64,000 nt of DNA from Acidobacteriota bacterium (GTDB lineage: Bacteria; Acidobacteriota; UBA6911; JACQSX01): NCBI GenBank assembly GCA_016211105.1, contig JACQSX010000050.1, forward strand, positions 59,347-123,346, in the 5' to 3' direction. Of this stretch, positions 1 through 9,683 are shown piece by piece; position 1 is the stretch's first letter, and every line of letters starts with the position of its first letter. The notes under the pieces were generated by a model. The model was not told the origin of the DNA. It made no database searches and worked only from the letters and a program-made list of their open reading frames with translations. Made by a program: the position numbers and the translations under genes.

Positions 1-2
1 TG

Positions 3-488
3 GTTTTGGGAGAACCTCCGATCCTTCCCTTGCTTAAAAGCAGTCCGGAAGGCAATGCATTGTTTACAGCTTTTATGACTGACGCCTGGGGACCTTCACG
101 AAGAGCATTCGAAAATGGGAATCTGCAGCAGGGGGTCAGGCTGTTTATCGATGCCGTCATGGGAGTGGGCTCGTTTGACAAGCTCCCGCCACCCGTCCAA
201 AGCAGCATGATGGACAATGTGGAAGCCAAAAGAGCGGAGATCTCGACCCCTGAATCTCGATGTTTCCCGATTCCCACCTGTCGCGATTTAAACACCGTAA
301 AGGCGCCGACGCTGTTGTTAAGCGGTAAGGACAGTCCCAGGATGTTTCACGTTATCACAGAGACATTACGACGATGCTTGCCAAACATGGAGTGGGAGAC
401 GATTTCCGCGGCCTCTCATACCATGCACCTTGCAAACCCCCAGGAATATAATAAGAAAGTGCTGAGTTTTATTAGGCGCCGCGCGTGA
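3..488 (+). CDS. alpha/beta hydrolase fold protein, C-terminal part (5' end lies outside the window)
   Basis: Open frame runs to window edge; C-terminal region with APTLLLSGKDSP...H motif typical of alpha/beta hydrolase C-termini; family assignment by eye only. Confidence 0.55.
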   Translation, partial: VLGEPPILPLLKSSPEGNALFTAFMTDAWGPSRRAFENGNLQQGVRLFIDAVMGVGSFDKLPPPVQSSMMDNVEAKRAEISTPESRCFPIPTCRDLNTVKAPTLLLSGKDSPRMFHVITETLRRCLPNMEWETISAASHTMHLANPQEYNKKVLSFIRRRA

Positions 489-660
489 AATCGTAACATG
501 GCACGAAAGAAAACTGCTGGGATCCCAGTAACTCATCGCGGAAGCGAGCTTGCTAAGACCCTGTTCCATAAGGAGAAGAGAGCGATGCGTGCTAGTCAGA
601 AGATGCCGACTGCGGGAGTAACTGTGCTACGGTCCTGGTGCATAAGTAAGCGTAATTTTG

Positions 661-1704
661 ATGAGCATCCGAGGAACTGAAAAACCGAAGACTGCGGAGG
701 AAAGGCTCACGGAGGCCGAGATCAAGCGACTCTATGAGCTGATGGTGAAAACCCGATTCTTCAACGAGAAGGCAACCAGCCTCCAGCGGCAGGGCCGAAT
801 TCATAACTTTCTCGGTTGCCTCGGCCAGGAAGCTGCCATCCTCGGCAGCGCGTGCGCTTTGGAGGCCAAGGACTGGATTTTCCCGAGTTATCGGGAGCAT
901 TCCATCCCCCTGCTGCGCGGAATCCGCCTCAAAGAGCTATTTAATCATCTAATCGGTAATGGGGCAGATCGGGTAAAGGGTCGGAATATTCCACCTGAGT
1001 ATTCCTTTCGCGATGTCAACTGCGTGAGTATCTCCGCCCCGGTGGGCACCCAATTCCCTCAGGCGGTCGGCGTGGCCCGGGCCGCCAGGATAAAAGGGCA
1101 CGACATTGTTACTATGGTCTACGCGGGCGAGGGAGCCACGTCAGAAGGAGACTTCCATGTAGCGTTGAACTTTGCAGGCGTATGGAATGCTCCCGTCGTC
1201 TTTTTTATCCAGAACAATGGTTGGGCAATCTCGGTTCCAGCCGGCCAGCAGACAGCCTCGGAGAGCTTTGCCATCAAAGCGGAGGCTTACGGCTTCAAGG
1301 GCGAAATCGTCGACGGCAACGACTTGACTGCCGTATATAAGACTTGCCTTCGGGCCGTAAAAAAAGCCCGCAAGGGCGAAGGGCCAACGCTGATTGAGGC
1401 GCGAACGTATCGCCTGGGCCCACACTCGACTTCAGACGACCCCAAACTATATCAAGATGAGATCGAAGTCATCGCTTGGAAGACGAGAGACCCGATCCTG
1501 TTGCTCGAACAATCGATGCGGAAGCTCGGCTACTGGTCGAAGGATTTTGGAGAGCAAATCCGGCAGCGTGCCCGACAGGAAGTGCAGGAAGCTGCGAATC
1601 AGGCGTTGGCCGAACCTTTACCCACCAGGGAGACGCTCTTTCAGGACGTCTACCATGAAATGCCATGGCATCTGCGGGAGCAGATGAAGGAATTCCAAGC
1701 CTAA
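661..1704 (+). CDS. TPP-dependent 2-oxoacid dehydrogenase E1 component, alpha subunit (PdhA/AcoA-like)
   Basis: 348-aa ORF; conserved E1-alpha regions (YREH, GEGATSEGDFHVALNFA, FFIQNNGWAISV); ATG at 661 chosen over track TTG at 658; no strong SD. Confidence 0.8.
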   Translation: MSIRGTEKPKTAEERLTEAEIKRLYELMVKTRFFNEKATSLQRQGRIHNFLGCLGQEAAILGSACALEAKDWIFPSYREHSIPLLRGIRLKELFNHLIGNGADRVKGRNIPPEYSFRDVNCVSISAPVGTQFPQAVGVARAARIKGHDIVTMVYAGEGATSEGDFHVALNFAGVWNAPVVFFIQNNGWAISVPAGQQTASESFAIKAEAYGFKGEIVDGNDLTAVYKTCLRAVKKARKGEGPTLIEARTYRLGPHSTSDDPKLYQDEIEVIAWKTRDPILLLEQSMRKLGYWSKDFGEQIRQRARQEVQEAANQALAEPLPTRETLFQDVYHEMPWHLREQMKEFQA

Positions 1705-1813
1705 TGCGATGCTGGGCCAGCGTCACTAGGCACGAGTCCTCAATTGCGGCAACGATCCTTGCGGCCCCAGAGAGTTCCTAGTGTCGGCCTCCGAATGGGA
1801 TGTGCACGTCCGG

Positions 1814-2248
1814 CTACTTTTGACCGTGTTCCTTGATCGTTCCGCAGTGCGGCATCGAGGATCCGTAATACGGATTCATCACCTGCCCGTCTTTTTGAAT
1901 CCAGGATGCGCCCTTGTTATTGTCGGCCATGGGACAGAATGCTACGGCATAGCCTTTCGGAAGTTCCATCTTGATCAGTTGCTCAGAAAGGGACTTAAAG
2001 GCCGTCCGCATCGCCTCGATATTGTTCGTTTCCGCAGCCGCCTGTGCTAGCCTCTTAACCTCACCTTCGCCTTGGGTCGCCAAACTCGTCAACGCAGATT
2101 TCGCTTTTGCATAGTCATCTCCAACCAGCGCCTGCTGAGCTGAGATATACTTCTCCAACGCCGGCAAGTCTTTTTCCCCTGCTCCAGCCGTGCCCAAGAT
2201 GTTGAGCAGCAAAAACAAGCCTGCGAAAACTACAGAATTGCTCCTCAT
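1814..2248 (-). CDS. secreted protein with Cys/Met/His-rich C-terminus, DUF3347-like (possible metal binding)
   Basis: Internal ATG at 2248 preceded by GGAGG; N-terminal signal-peptide-like MRSNSVVFAGLFLLLNILGTAGA; C-terminal AFCPMADNN...MPHCGTIKEHG; domain name recalled, not searched. Confidence 0.5.
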   Translation of the reverse strand: MRSNSVVFAGLFLLLNILGTAGAGEKDLPALEKYISAQQALVGDDYAKAKSALTSLATQGEGEVKRLAQAAAETNNIEAMRTAFKSLSEQLIKMELPKGYAVAFCPMADNNKGASWIQKDGQVMNPYYGSSMPHCGTIKEHGQK

Positions 2249-2343
2249 TAAAGCCTCCTTTCCATTTTCGACAAAAACGAAAGCCAACTTCAAGAGTTGC
2301 CAGCCACGTATTCTATGAGTATACTCCAGCCCAAGGAGGAGAA

Positions 2344-2577
2344 ATGGCAGACAAGAAGAGACTACTAGAACTAGCATTGAAAGGTTTGGAGTCAGAGCGT
2401 GCGCGAATTAATCAGGAAATTGCTGAGATTGCCCGAGAACTGGCCGGAGATGGGTCTATAAGACCAAAAACCACCAAGAGACGGCGCATGAGCCCCGCCC
2501 AGAAAAAAGCGCACTCTTTACGTATGAAAGCTTATTGGGCAGCTAAGAAGAAAGCTCAAAAACTAACCGCATCGTAA
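2344..2577 (+). CDS. small basic hypothetical protein (77 aa)
   Basis: ORF with AAGGAGG-like RBS immediately upstream of ATG; Lys/Arg-rich C-terminus; no recognisable domain. Confidence 0.45.
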   Translation: MADKKRLLELALKGLESERARINQEIAEIARELAGDGSIRPKTTKRRRMSPAQKKAHSLRMKAYWAAKKKAQKLTAS

Positions 2578-3125
2578 CCATAAGATAGAACCGCAGACGG
2601 AGTGTCGAAGCAGTCTAAACGGTTGTAGTCCAACCTCGCAAGCGAATTGCCACTGAACCAAGTTGGATTTCGTGTCGAGCAAGCAGGTGCAAGAAGAGGA
2701 GACAATACAATCTCTCCAGCAGAAATTTGACGTCAACCTTGGAATCCCAGGCAGTTGCCGGATTTATCACGTCTAAGTAACTGCTGGCGCTGGAGCGCCG
2801 CCACTCGGTATCCAGTAATTTCGCAGTGTAGGATTTGTCATATCTTAGAATTTACGCTCCAAAGTGTTTGGCCATTTCAAGAAACTCTCAAACAAGTCGC
2901 CCTTCATTTTCACGTGATGATCCCAAAATGGCGATTTGGAGCGCCAAGACTATTTCCTATGCACTATCATTCCCCGCTGGCTATAGCCGCCTCCGCTAGG
3001 TCTGATATCATCTCAGCCAGACAGAGGGCGGCTCTTGGTTATTCCCTAAAGCGGAACAACGGACTTGCGGGAGAAACGATCCGCAAGGGTATAACTTATA
3101 AGCGGCGCGACAGCAGTCTTGCGTT

Positions 3126-5198
3126 ATGTATCGAGTAGGGGTTGATATCGGCGGGACGTTTACCGACTTGCTTATGCTGGGACAAGATGGGCGCACTGTT
3201 ATTGGCAAGACTCTAACCACTTCATCCGATCCAAGCCTGGCGGTAGAGACCGCGCTACGGCAAGCACTCGGCGAGGGAGTGACCAAGCCCTGTGAACCTG
3301 GAGAACTCATCCATGGAACGACGCTGGTGACCAATGTCATTATTGAGCGCAAGGGCGCGCTGACGGCATTACTCACGACGGCTGGCTTCCGTGATGTGCT
3401 GGAAATCGGTCGTGAAAAGCGCTATGAACTGTACGACCTGAATTTGGAACCTCCGCAGCCTCTTGTCCCGCGCTACCTTCGCTTCGACGTGCCGGAGCGC
3501 ATACTGGCAGATGGCTCCGTTCTGCAACCTCTGGACGAAGCCTATGTCCAACGTCTAGTAACCGAGCTGCGCGACAAGGGTATTAAGGCAATCGGCGTAT
3601 GTTATCTACACAGCTACCGTAACCCGGAGCACGAGCGGCGGACCGCTGAGATTATTTCCAAGGTAGCACCCGACATTCGAGTGTCTCTGAGCTCGGACGT
3701 GGTCTCTGAGATTCGAGAATTTCCGCGCACCAGCACAACCGTCGCGAATGTTTACGTACAGGAATTGGTGGCAAATTATTTGACCAAGCTTCAGCAACGC
3801 TTGGACAGCCTGGCCTTTGTCGGCTCCTTCTTTGTCATGCTCTCCAGTGGAGGTATCGCCACGGCAGAAACATCGGCGCGGTTCCCCGTTCGCTTGCTGG
3901 AGTCCGGCCCTGCAGCCGGAGCGCTGGCAGCTGCGCACGCGGGAGTTCGCTCCGGACACCCGAATCTGCTCTCGTTTGACATGGGAGGCACCACCGCCAA
4001 ACTGTGTGTCGTAGAAAAGGGTCAACCGTTGAAGACGCACGAATTCGAGGTGGACCGGGTTTATCGCTTCAAGCGAGGAAGTGGGCTGCCGATTAAGATT
4101 CCAGTCATCGATATGATTGAGATCGGTGCAGGCGGCGGTAGTATCGCTCATAGCGACAGCCTTGGCCTGCTGAAGGTTGGACCCAAAAGCGCGGGCGTTG
4201 AGCCCGGGCCAGCATGTTACGGGTACGGCGGCGAAGAGCCGACAGTCACCGACGCTGATCTGGTGCTTGGCTACCTGGATGCAAAGTTCTTTCTGGGGGG
4301 GAAGATGCGCCTGGATGTGGAAGCCGCGCATCGCGCCCTTGATCGCCTGGCTAAGCCCTTGGGTCTCACCACAGAGCAGGTTGCCTGGGGCATCCACCAA
4401 ATCGTCAATGAGAACATGGCAAACGCCGCTCGGGTACACCTTGGAGAACGCGGCAAAGACCCGCGCCACATGCCGCTGTTCGCTTTTGGCGGCGCCGGTC
4501 CGGTGCATGGCTACCGCGTAGCCGAAGTCCTGCATTTGCCGGCGCTCATATCACCCCTTGGCGCCGGCGTGGGTTCCACTTTTGGGCTTCTCGTCGCCCC
4601 ACTGGCTTTCGATTTTGTGCGCAGCGCCTACAGCAGGCTGGACAGTCTGGACTGGGGCTTCGCCAATGCGCTCCTGCAAGAAATGGCGAGGCAAGGTCGC
4701 ATGGTGTTGGAGAACTCCGGGCTTGCCGCATCTGAGATCTCATACCGGCGTAGCGCAGACATGCGCTATGCCGGTCAGGGCCACGAGGTATCGGTGCCAA
4801 TCCCGAACCGAATCCTGGACGAGCGTGACATCCCCCCGTTGACAGCGGCCTTCGAGCAGATTTACCGCGAACTGTACGCGCGGGCGGGCCCGGATGTGCC
4901 CCTGGAGGTGATCAACTGGCGGGTTGTCGCCAGCGGTCCACAACCGGAAATGCACTTCCGCCCGACACCGGCTCGTACTGGTGAAACGGCTAAAAAGGGC
5001 TCAAGATTGGTGTACTTCCCCGAATATGGAAGCTTTGTAGAAACACCCGTTTATGACCGTTATGTCCTCAGATCGGGAATGAGCCTCCGCGGACCCGCCA
5101 TCATCGAAGAGCGTGAATCCAGCCTCATCATTGGAGCCAGAGGCCAAGCCCGGGTAGACGAGTATTTGAACGTGATCGTGAAATTTGCTGATGCCTGA
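3126..5198 (+). CDS. hyuA: hydantoinase A / N-methylhydantoinase A (oxoprolinase family) subunit
   Basis: 690 aa; N-terminal MYRVGVDIGGTFTD sugar-kinase/HSP70-like fold signature typical of HyuA; overlaps next gene. Confidence 0.9.
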   Translation: MYRVGVDIGGTFTDLLMLGQDGRTVIGKTLTTSSDPSLAVETALRQALGEGVTKPCEPGELIHGTTLVTNVIIERKGALTALLTTAGFRDVLEIGREKRYELYDLNLEPPQPLVPRYLRFDVPERILADGSVLQPLDEAYVQRLVTELRDKGIKAIGVCYLHSYRNPEHERRTAEIISKVAPDIRVSLSSDVVSEIREFPRTSTTVANVYVQELVANYLTKLQQRLDSLAFVGSFFVMLSSGGIATAETSARFPVRLLESGPAAGALAAAHAGVRSGHPNLLSFDMGGTTAKLCVVEKGQPLKTHEFEVDRVYRFKRGSGLPIKIPVIDMIEIGAGGGSIAHSDSLGLLKVGPKSAGVEPGPACYGYGGEEPTVTDADLVLGYLDAKFFLGGKMRLDVEAAHRALDRLAKPLGLTTEQVAWGIHQIVNENMANAARVHLGERGKDPRHMPLFAFGGAGPVHGYRVAEVLHLPALISPLGAGVGSTFGLLVAPLAFDFVRSAYSRLDSLDWGFANALLQEMARQGRMVLENSGLAASEISYRRSADMRYAGQGHEVSVPIPNRILDERDIPPLTAAFEQIYRELYARAGPDVPLEVINWRVVASGPQPEMHFRPTPARTGETAKKGSRLVYFPEYGSFVETPVYDRYVLRSGMSLRGPAIIEERESSLIIGARGQARVDEYLNVIVKFADA

Positions 5199-6933
5199 GA
5201 TGCTCATTGATTCCGTAATCTTGGAGGTAATCTGGAACCGGTTGCTTTCCGTGGCTAATGAGCAGCAGGATGCGCTATTGCGAACTGCGTTTAGCACGAT
5301 CGTCCGGGAGAGTGAGGACTTGGCTTGTGGTGTATTTGATCGACAAGGGCGCATGATTGCGCAGTCGTTGAGTGGAACTCCTGGTCATATCAACTCCATG
5401 GCTACATCAATGCGGCACTTCCTCGTTGCTTATCCGCAGGAGAGATTGGCGCCGGGCGATGTGCTGATCACAAATGATCCATGGATGACAGCCGGCCAGA
5501 TCAACGATATTACGGTTACAACCCCAATCTTTAAGAATGGCCGCATGGTAGCCCTGTTTGCCAACACTTGCCACGCCGCGGATATCGGCGGTCGTATTTT
5601 ATCTGCGGAAGCGCGGGAAGTGTACGAAGAAGGCCTGCGGCTGCCGATTATGAAACTATTCGATTGCGGCAAGCCAAATACGGTTCTACTGGAGATTGTA
5701 AAGGCCAATGTGCGCCAGCCAGACGAGGTCCTCGGCGACTTCCATGCACAAACGGCATGTAACGATGCGGGAGGCCGCGCGCTGCTGGAAATGATGGAGG
5801 AGTTCGGCCTAGAAAGCTTGGATGCAGTTGCCGAAGAGATTGTCTCTCGTTCGGAGGCCGCTGTTCGAAACCATATCCGTGAGCTTCCGGACGGCGAGTA
5901 CCACAGTGAGACCTGGAGCGACGGCTTCGAAGAGCCGATCGTTATCCGCTGTTGTTGCCGGATGGCGGGCGACGAAATCTCAATTGATTTTGCCGGATCA
6001 TCCCCCCAGAGCTCTCATGGGATCAATGTCGTGCTCAATTATACGCATGCTTATGCGAGCTTTGCTGTCAAGGCGGCAGTATATCCGGAAGTGCCCCATA
6101 ACGAAGGGAGCTTCCGTCCAGTACATGTTACCGCGCCGCCTGGCAGTATTTTAAACGCCATTGACCCAGCGCCAGTGGCCAGCCGCCACGCCATGGGACA
6201 CTTCATCCCAAGTGCCATCTTCGCTGCGCTGGCGGAGGCCCTTCCCGGCCGCCTTGTGGCACCCGGCGCGGACCCGATCTGGCTTAGCGTATGGCGCGGA
6301 AACAATCCTTCGTTTACCATCTCGATATTTCAGGTCGGCGGTATGGGTGCACGCCCGACCAAAGATGGCATTAACGCGATTGGCTTTCCAAGCGGCGTGG
6401 CTGGAGTGCCGGCGGAGATCATCGAAAGTCTCTCACCGCTGGTGATGCGCCGTCGGCAACTTCGCCCGGATTCGGGTGGCGCCGGCATGTGGCGTGGCGG
6501 CTTAGGTCAACTTACCGAGTTCACCAAACGGGCCGAGGGCCGCTGGAGCGTGAGTTGTATCATAGACCGCACGAAGTTTCCCGCCCCAGGTCTTTTTGGC
6601 GGAAAACCCGGCGCTCGCGGTGAATTCATTCTGGACACCGGGGCTCGTCCCAACCCCAAGGAGCAGGTAGACCTTCAACTCCACCAGGTCGTTCATCTCA
6701 ATACTCCAGGAGGCGGTGGTTATGGAGATTCCTTTGCACGCGACCCCGAGCGTGTTCGCCAAGATGTCATCGCTGGCTACATCACCCCTGAAGCAGCTAG
6801 AGATTGCTATGGCGTTATCGTCCGCTTTACAAGTAGGGAAGGTCAGCTCGTTCGACTTCCAGACCAGTGGGTGATTGACGAGGCTGCCACAGCAGAGTTG
6901 CGACGGGCCACATTGCGGCCCACCGGCGAGTGA
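5191..6933 (+). CDS. hyuB: hydantoinase B / N-methylhydantoinase B (oxoprolinase family) subunit
   Basis: ~580 aa; HyuB-type N-terminus (LEVIWNRL...DLACGVFD); ATG at 5191 overlaps hyuA stop by 8 nt (translational coupling). Confidence 0.9.
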   Translation: MPEMLIDSVILEVIWNRLLSVANEQQDALLRTAFSTIVRESEDLACGVFDRQGRMIAQSLSGTPGHINSMATSMRHFLVAYPQERLAPGDVLITNDPWMTAGQINDITVTTPIFKNGRMVALFANTCHAADIGGRILSAEAREVYEEGLRLPIMKLFDCGKPNTVLLEIVKANVRQPDEVLGDFHAQTACNDAGGRALLEMMEEFGLESLDAVAEEIVSRSEAAVRNHIRELPDGEYHSETWSDGFEEPIVIRCCCRMAGDEISIDFAGSSPQSSHGINVVLNYTHAYASFAVKAAVYPEVPHNEGSFRPVHVTAPPGSILNAIDPAPVASRHAMGHFIPSAIFAALAEALPGRLVAPGADPIWLSVWRGNNPSFTISIFQVGGMGARPTKDGINAIGFPSGVAGVPAEIIESLSPLVMRRRQLRPDSGGAGMWRGGLGQLTEFTKRAEGRWSVSCIIDRTKFPAPGLFGGKPGARGEFILDTGARPNPKEQVDLQLHQVVHLNTPGGGGYGDSFARDPERVRQDVIAGYITPEAARDCYGVIVRFTSREGQLVRLPDQWVIDEAATAELRRATLRPTGE

Positions 6934-7004
6934 TGATCATGATGCAGGAACATCATCATTCGGGGCCTATCCTAAGAAAATTATGCGAGACCAAAGTGTT
7001 AGTG

Positions 7005-7304
7005 CTAGAAAGTGCCGCGGTTTCCCTTGACTGCAGGAGTATAATGCTGCTCCAACTCTGATGCTTTGAGGCAACGCAAAACTGCATTGTTTACATCCAA
7101 GGCATATCCTCCAGTGAGACACCCCCAACTTCCACCACCGAGAATGGAACCTTGACCGACGCTAGTAGATCGCATAAAGCAGTAGTCGTGAAAGACGTCG
7201 ATGGCCACGAGATCAAAATTCGCTGGCACAAGCAAATTAGCCGTTATCAGTGGATTGTCCTTTTCGTCGCGTGGTTTGGATTTATGTTCGATCTTATGTG
7301 GCAT
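7005..7304 (-). CDS. hypothetical protein (99 aa), weak call
   Basis: Only ORF in a 440-bp gap next to a repeat element; no recognisable domain or clear RBS. Confidence 0.2.
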   Translation of the reverse strand: MPHKIEHKSKPRDEKDNPLITANLLVPANFDLVAIDVFHDYCFMRSTSVGQGSILGGGSWGCLTGGYALDVNNAVLRCLKASELEQHYTPAVKGNRGTF

Positions 7305-7374
7305 TTCTGGTTTTCTACCTGGGAGCCTTAACTATCATACCCGTTACTCTAGTATTCGCTCGAGAGACTAAGTC

Positions 7375-7641
7375 CCTCGATTCATAAGTACGGTAACGTT
7401 TGCTGGTGGAGCTTGCGAGACGAGATCCAGGAGCGATGAGGAGGCGATGCAGCGGACATCGGCGACAACGTGCGACGCCGAGATCGCCCGCAACCCCCAC
7501 CAGCCCGGAGGGTTGCGGCGGGATGGCCCCGCTTTCTTTGTCGCTCCTCCTCGCCAATGAGCCCTGCATTGACTTGTCGTCGCTTCGCGAAATCAGGGCC
7601 ATCGCGCTCGCAACAAACGTTATCGTATTTATGAATCGAGG
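7375..7641. repeat. MITE-like repeat element, copy A (~28-bp terminal inverted repeats CCTCGATTCATAA[G/A]TACG[G/A]TAACGTTTGC)
   Basis: Left TIR 7375-7403 and right TIR 7614-7641 are reverse complements; internal sequence matches the reverse complement of a second copy at 63599-63749 but carries ~115 bp of extra internal sequence. Confidence 0.6.
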
Positions 7642-7695
7642 TACGAAAGGACAGGCACTGCAACAATCGTCGCCAAAACGAGATTGGAGGCACTT

Positions 7696-8862
7696 ATGTT
7701 TAAAGGTTACGATTTCATGAACATCGACCCGCTGTTCTCTGATGAAGAAAAGATGGTGCGGCGGACGGTCAGAGATTTTGTAGAGGACCGCGTACTGCCG
7801 ATTATTGAAAAGCACAACCGGGAAGCGACCTTTCCGATCCATCTGGTCAAGGAGATGGCGCAGCTTGGATTCTTAGGGGCTAATCTTCAAGGATACGGTT
7901 GCGCCGGGATGAGCAATGTCTGCTACGGACTCATCATGCAGGAACTGGAGAGGGGAGACAGCAGCTTGAGGAGCTTTGCCTCCGTACAAGGTTCACTGGT
8001 GATGTATCCCATTCACACATTTGGATCGAAGGAGCAGAAACAGAGGTGGCTGCCACGATTGGCGGCGGGAGAGGCGATTGGCTGCTTCGGACTGACCGAG
8101 CCGGATTTTGGCTCCAATCCGGCGGGTATGCTCACTCGCGCACACAAGAGCGGGGACGGGTACGTACTCAACGGCTCGAAGGCGTGGATTACCAACGGCA
8201 ATGTCGCCGACATCGCGGTGGTGTGGGGCCGTTGTGACGACGACAAGATCCGCGGTTTTCTAGTAGAAAAGGAAACTCCTGGATTTGAGGCTCGAGAATA
8301 CAAGAACAAGTGGTCGCTGCGTGCCTCGGTTACTTCTGAACTGATGTTCCATGATTGCAGGGTGTCCGGAGATGCACTGCTATCTGGGACCGATGGCTTA
8401 AGGTCTGCCTTGATGTGTTTAACCCAGGCTCGCTACAGCATTGCCTGGGGAGCCGTAGGCGCAGCCATGGCCTGTTATCATTCGGCGTTGGAATGGGCGT
8501 TACAGCGGAAACAGTTCTCTAATAAGCCCATTGCTTCTCACCAACTGGTTCAGGAGAAACTGGTGTGGATGCTCACTGAGATTACCAAGGCGCAACTGCT
8601 TTGCTATCACCTGGGAAGATTGAAAGATCAGGGCAGGGCGACTTCTGCTCAAGTGTCTCTGGGAAAGCGCAATAATGTCTACGTGGCGCTGGAAGTGGCG
8701 CGTATGGCGCGTGATCTGCTGGGCGCCAATGGAATTGTCGACGATTACCCGGTTTTTCGCCACATGTGCAATTTGGAAACGGTAAAGACCTACGAAGGGA
8801 CCCACGATATACACACGTTGGTCCTGGGCCAGGAGATCACAGGCATTCCGGCGTTTGAGTGA
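7696..8862 (+). CDS. acyl-CoA dehydrogenase, glutaryl-CoA dehydrogenase-like
   Basis: GCFGLTEPDFGSNP and C-terminal YEGTHDIHTLVLG motifs; ATG 7696 with GGAGG 5 nt upstream (track start was TTG at 7684). Confidence 0.85.
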   Translation: MFKGYDFMNIDPLFSDEEKMVRRTVRDFVEDRVLPIIEKHNREATFPIHLVKEMAQLGFLGANLQGYGCAGMSNVCYGLIMQELERGDSSLRSFASVQGSLVMYPIHTFGSKEQKQRWLPRLAAGEAIGCFGLTEPDFGSNPAGMLTRAHKSGDGYVLNGSKAWITNGNVADIAVVWGRCDDDKIRGFLVEKETPGFEAREYKNKWSLRASVTSELMFHDCRVSGDALLSGTDGLRSALMCLTQARYSIAWGAVGAAMACYHSALEWALQRKQFSNKPIASHQLVQEKLVWMLTEITKAQLLCYHLGRLKDQGRATSAQVSLGKRNNVYVALEVARMARDLLGANGIVDDYPVFRHMCNLETVKTYEGTHDIHTLVLGQEITGIPAFE

Positions 8863-8893
8863 TTCCAACGCAAGAGCCTATCACGACTCAACC

Positions 8894-9667
8894 ATGAAGG
8901 TGGCATCGATCCAAATGAGGATAGGGGATGACGATAAAGAGACCAATCTCCGCAAGGCCGAAGAGCTCATCGACGGCGTCCAAAACGCCGATTTAATTCT
9001 GCTGCCTGAACTCTGGGCCATCGGATATTACTCTTTTGATCTTTACGCGAGCGCCGGTGAAAGTTTGGACGGTGAAATCGCGGCGCGTATGAAGGGAAAA
9101 GCCCGTCAGAAAGGTTGCTTCATTTTTGCCGGAAGTTTACTGGAGAGATCTGACGAGCAGATATACAACACGAGTGTCTTGATCGATCCCGAAGGAGAAA
9201 TCGTCGGCAAATATCGCAAAATCCACCTTTACGGACACAATTCCTCCGAGAATAAACTCTTGCAAAGAGGAACTGATATTGTTGTTGTTGAAACCAAGAT
9301 GGCATGCTTTGGCCTTTCTACTTGCTACGATTTGAGATTTCCCGAACTTTACCGCAAATTAGCGCTCCAGGGCGCAAATGTGTTCTTGGTTGCATCGGCC
9401 TGGCCGTATCCGCGCCTCGAGCACTGGTTGATGCTCAATCGTGTGAGAGCTTTGGAAAACCAAGTATTCCTAATCTCTAGCAATTGTGTAGGGACGAATC
9501 GTCAAAAACAGTTTCTTGGACACAGTATGGTGATAAACCCGTGGGGAACGATCGTGACAAGCGGTGGCGATTTAGAATGCATCTTGCAAGCGGAGATTGA
9601 TGTCAAGATGGTAGAAGAGGCACGCGCAATGTTTCCCGCTTTTACAGACAGGGTGCTGGAAGTATAA
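8894..9667 (+). CDS. carbon-nitrogen hydrolase family protein (nitrilase/amidase superfamily)
   Basis: MKVASIQM start typical of family; catalytic-region motifs LPELW and ACFGLSTCYDLRFPE (E-K-C triad context). Confidence 0.8.
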   Translation: MKVASIQMRIGDDDKETNLRKAEELIDGVQNADLILLPELWAIGYYSFDLYASAGESLDGEIAARMKGKARQKGCFIFAGSLLERSDEQIYNTSVLIDPEGEIVGKYRKIHLYGHNSSENKLLQRGTDIVVVETKMACFGLSTCYDLRFPELYRKLALQGANVFLVASAWPYPRLEHWLMLNRVRALENQVFLISSNCVGTNRQKQFLGHSMVINPWGTIVTSGGDLECILQAEIDVKMVEEARAMFPAFTDRVLEV

Positions 9668-9683
9668 CAAGAACGAGACGCAC

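Noticed and set aside
498-680. 60-aa basic ORF in the gap before the E1-alpha gene
   Set aside because: No RBS, overlaps the E1-alpha start, and is Lys/Arg-rich without structure; most likely non-coding leader. A tRNA-like fold was looked for here and not seen.
3606-4535. 309-aa minus-strand ORF inside hyuA
   Set aside because: Antisense to a strongly conserved hydantoinase A frame; the composition (Arg/Ala/Gly-rich) is characteristic of out-of-frame translation of GC-rich coding DNA.
7315-7842. 175-aa minus-strand ORF (and similar ORFs 7382-7693 and 63437-63721) with related peptide strings
   Set aside because: The similarity between these ORFs comes from translating through the two copies of the MITE-like repeat; they cross terminal inverted repeats and overlap the acyl-CoA dehydrogenase start, so are not treated as genes.
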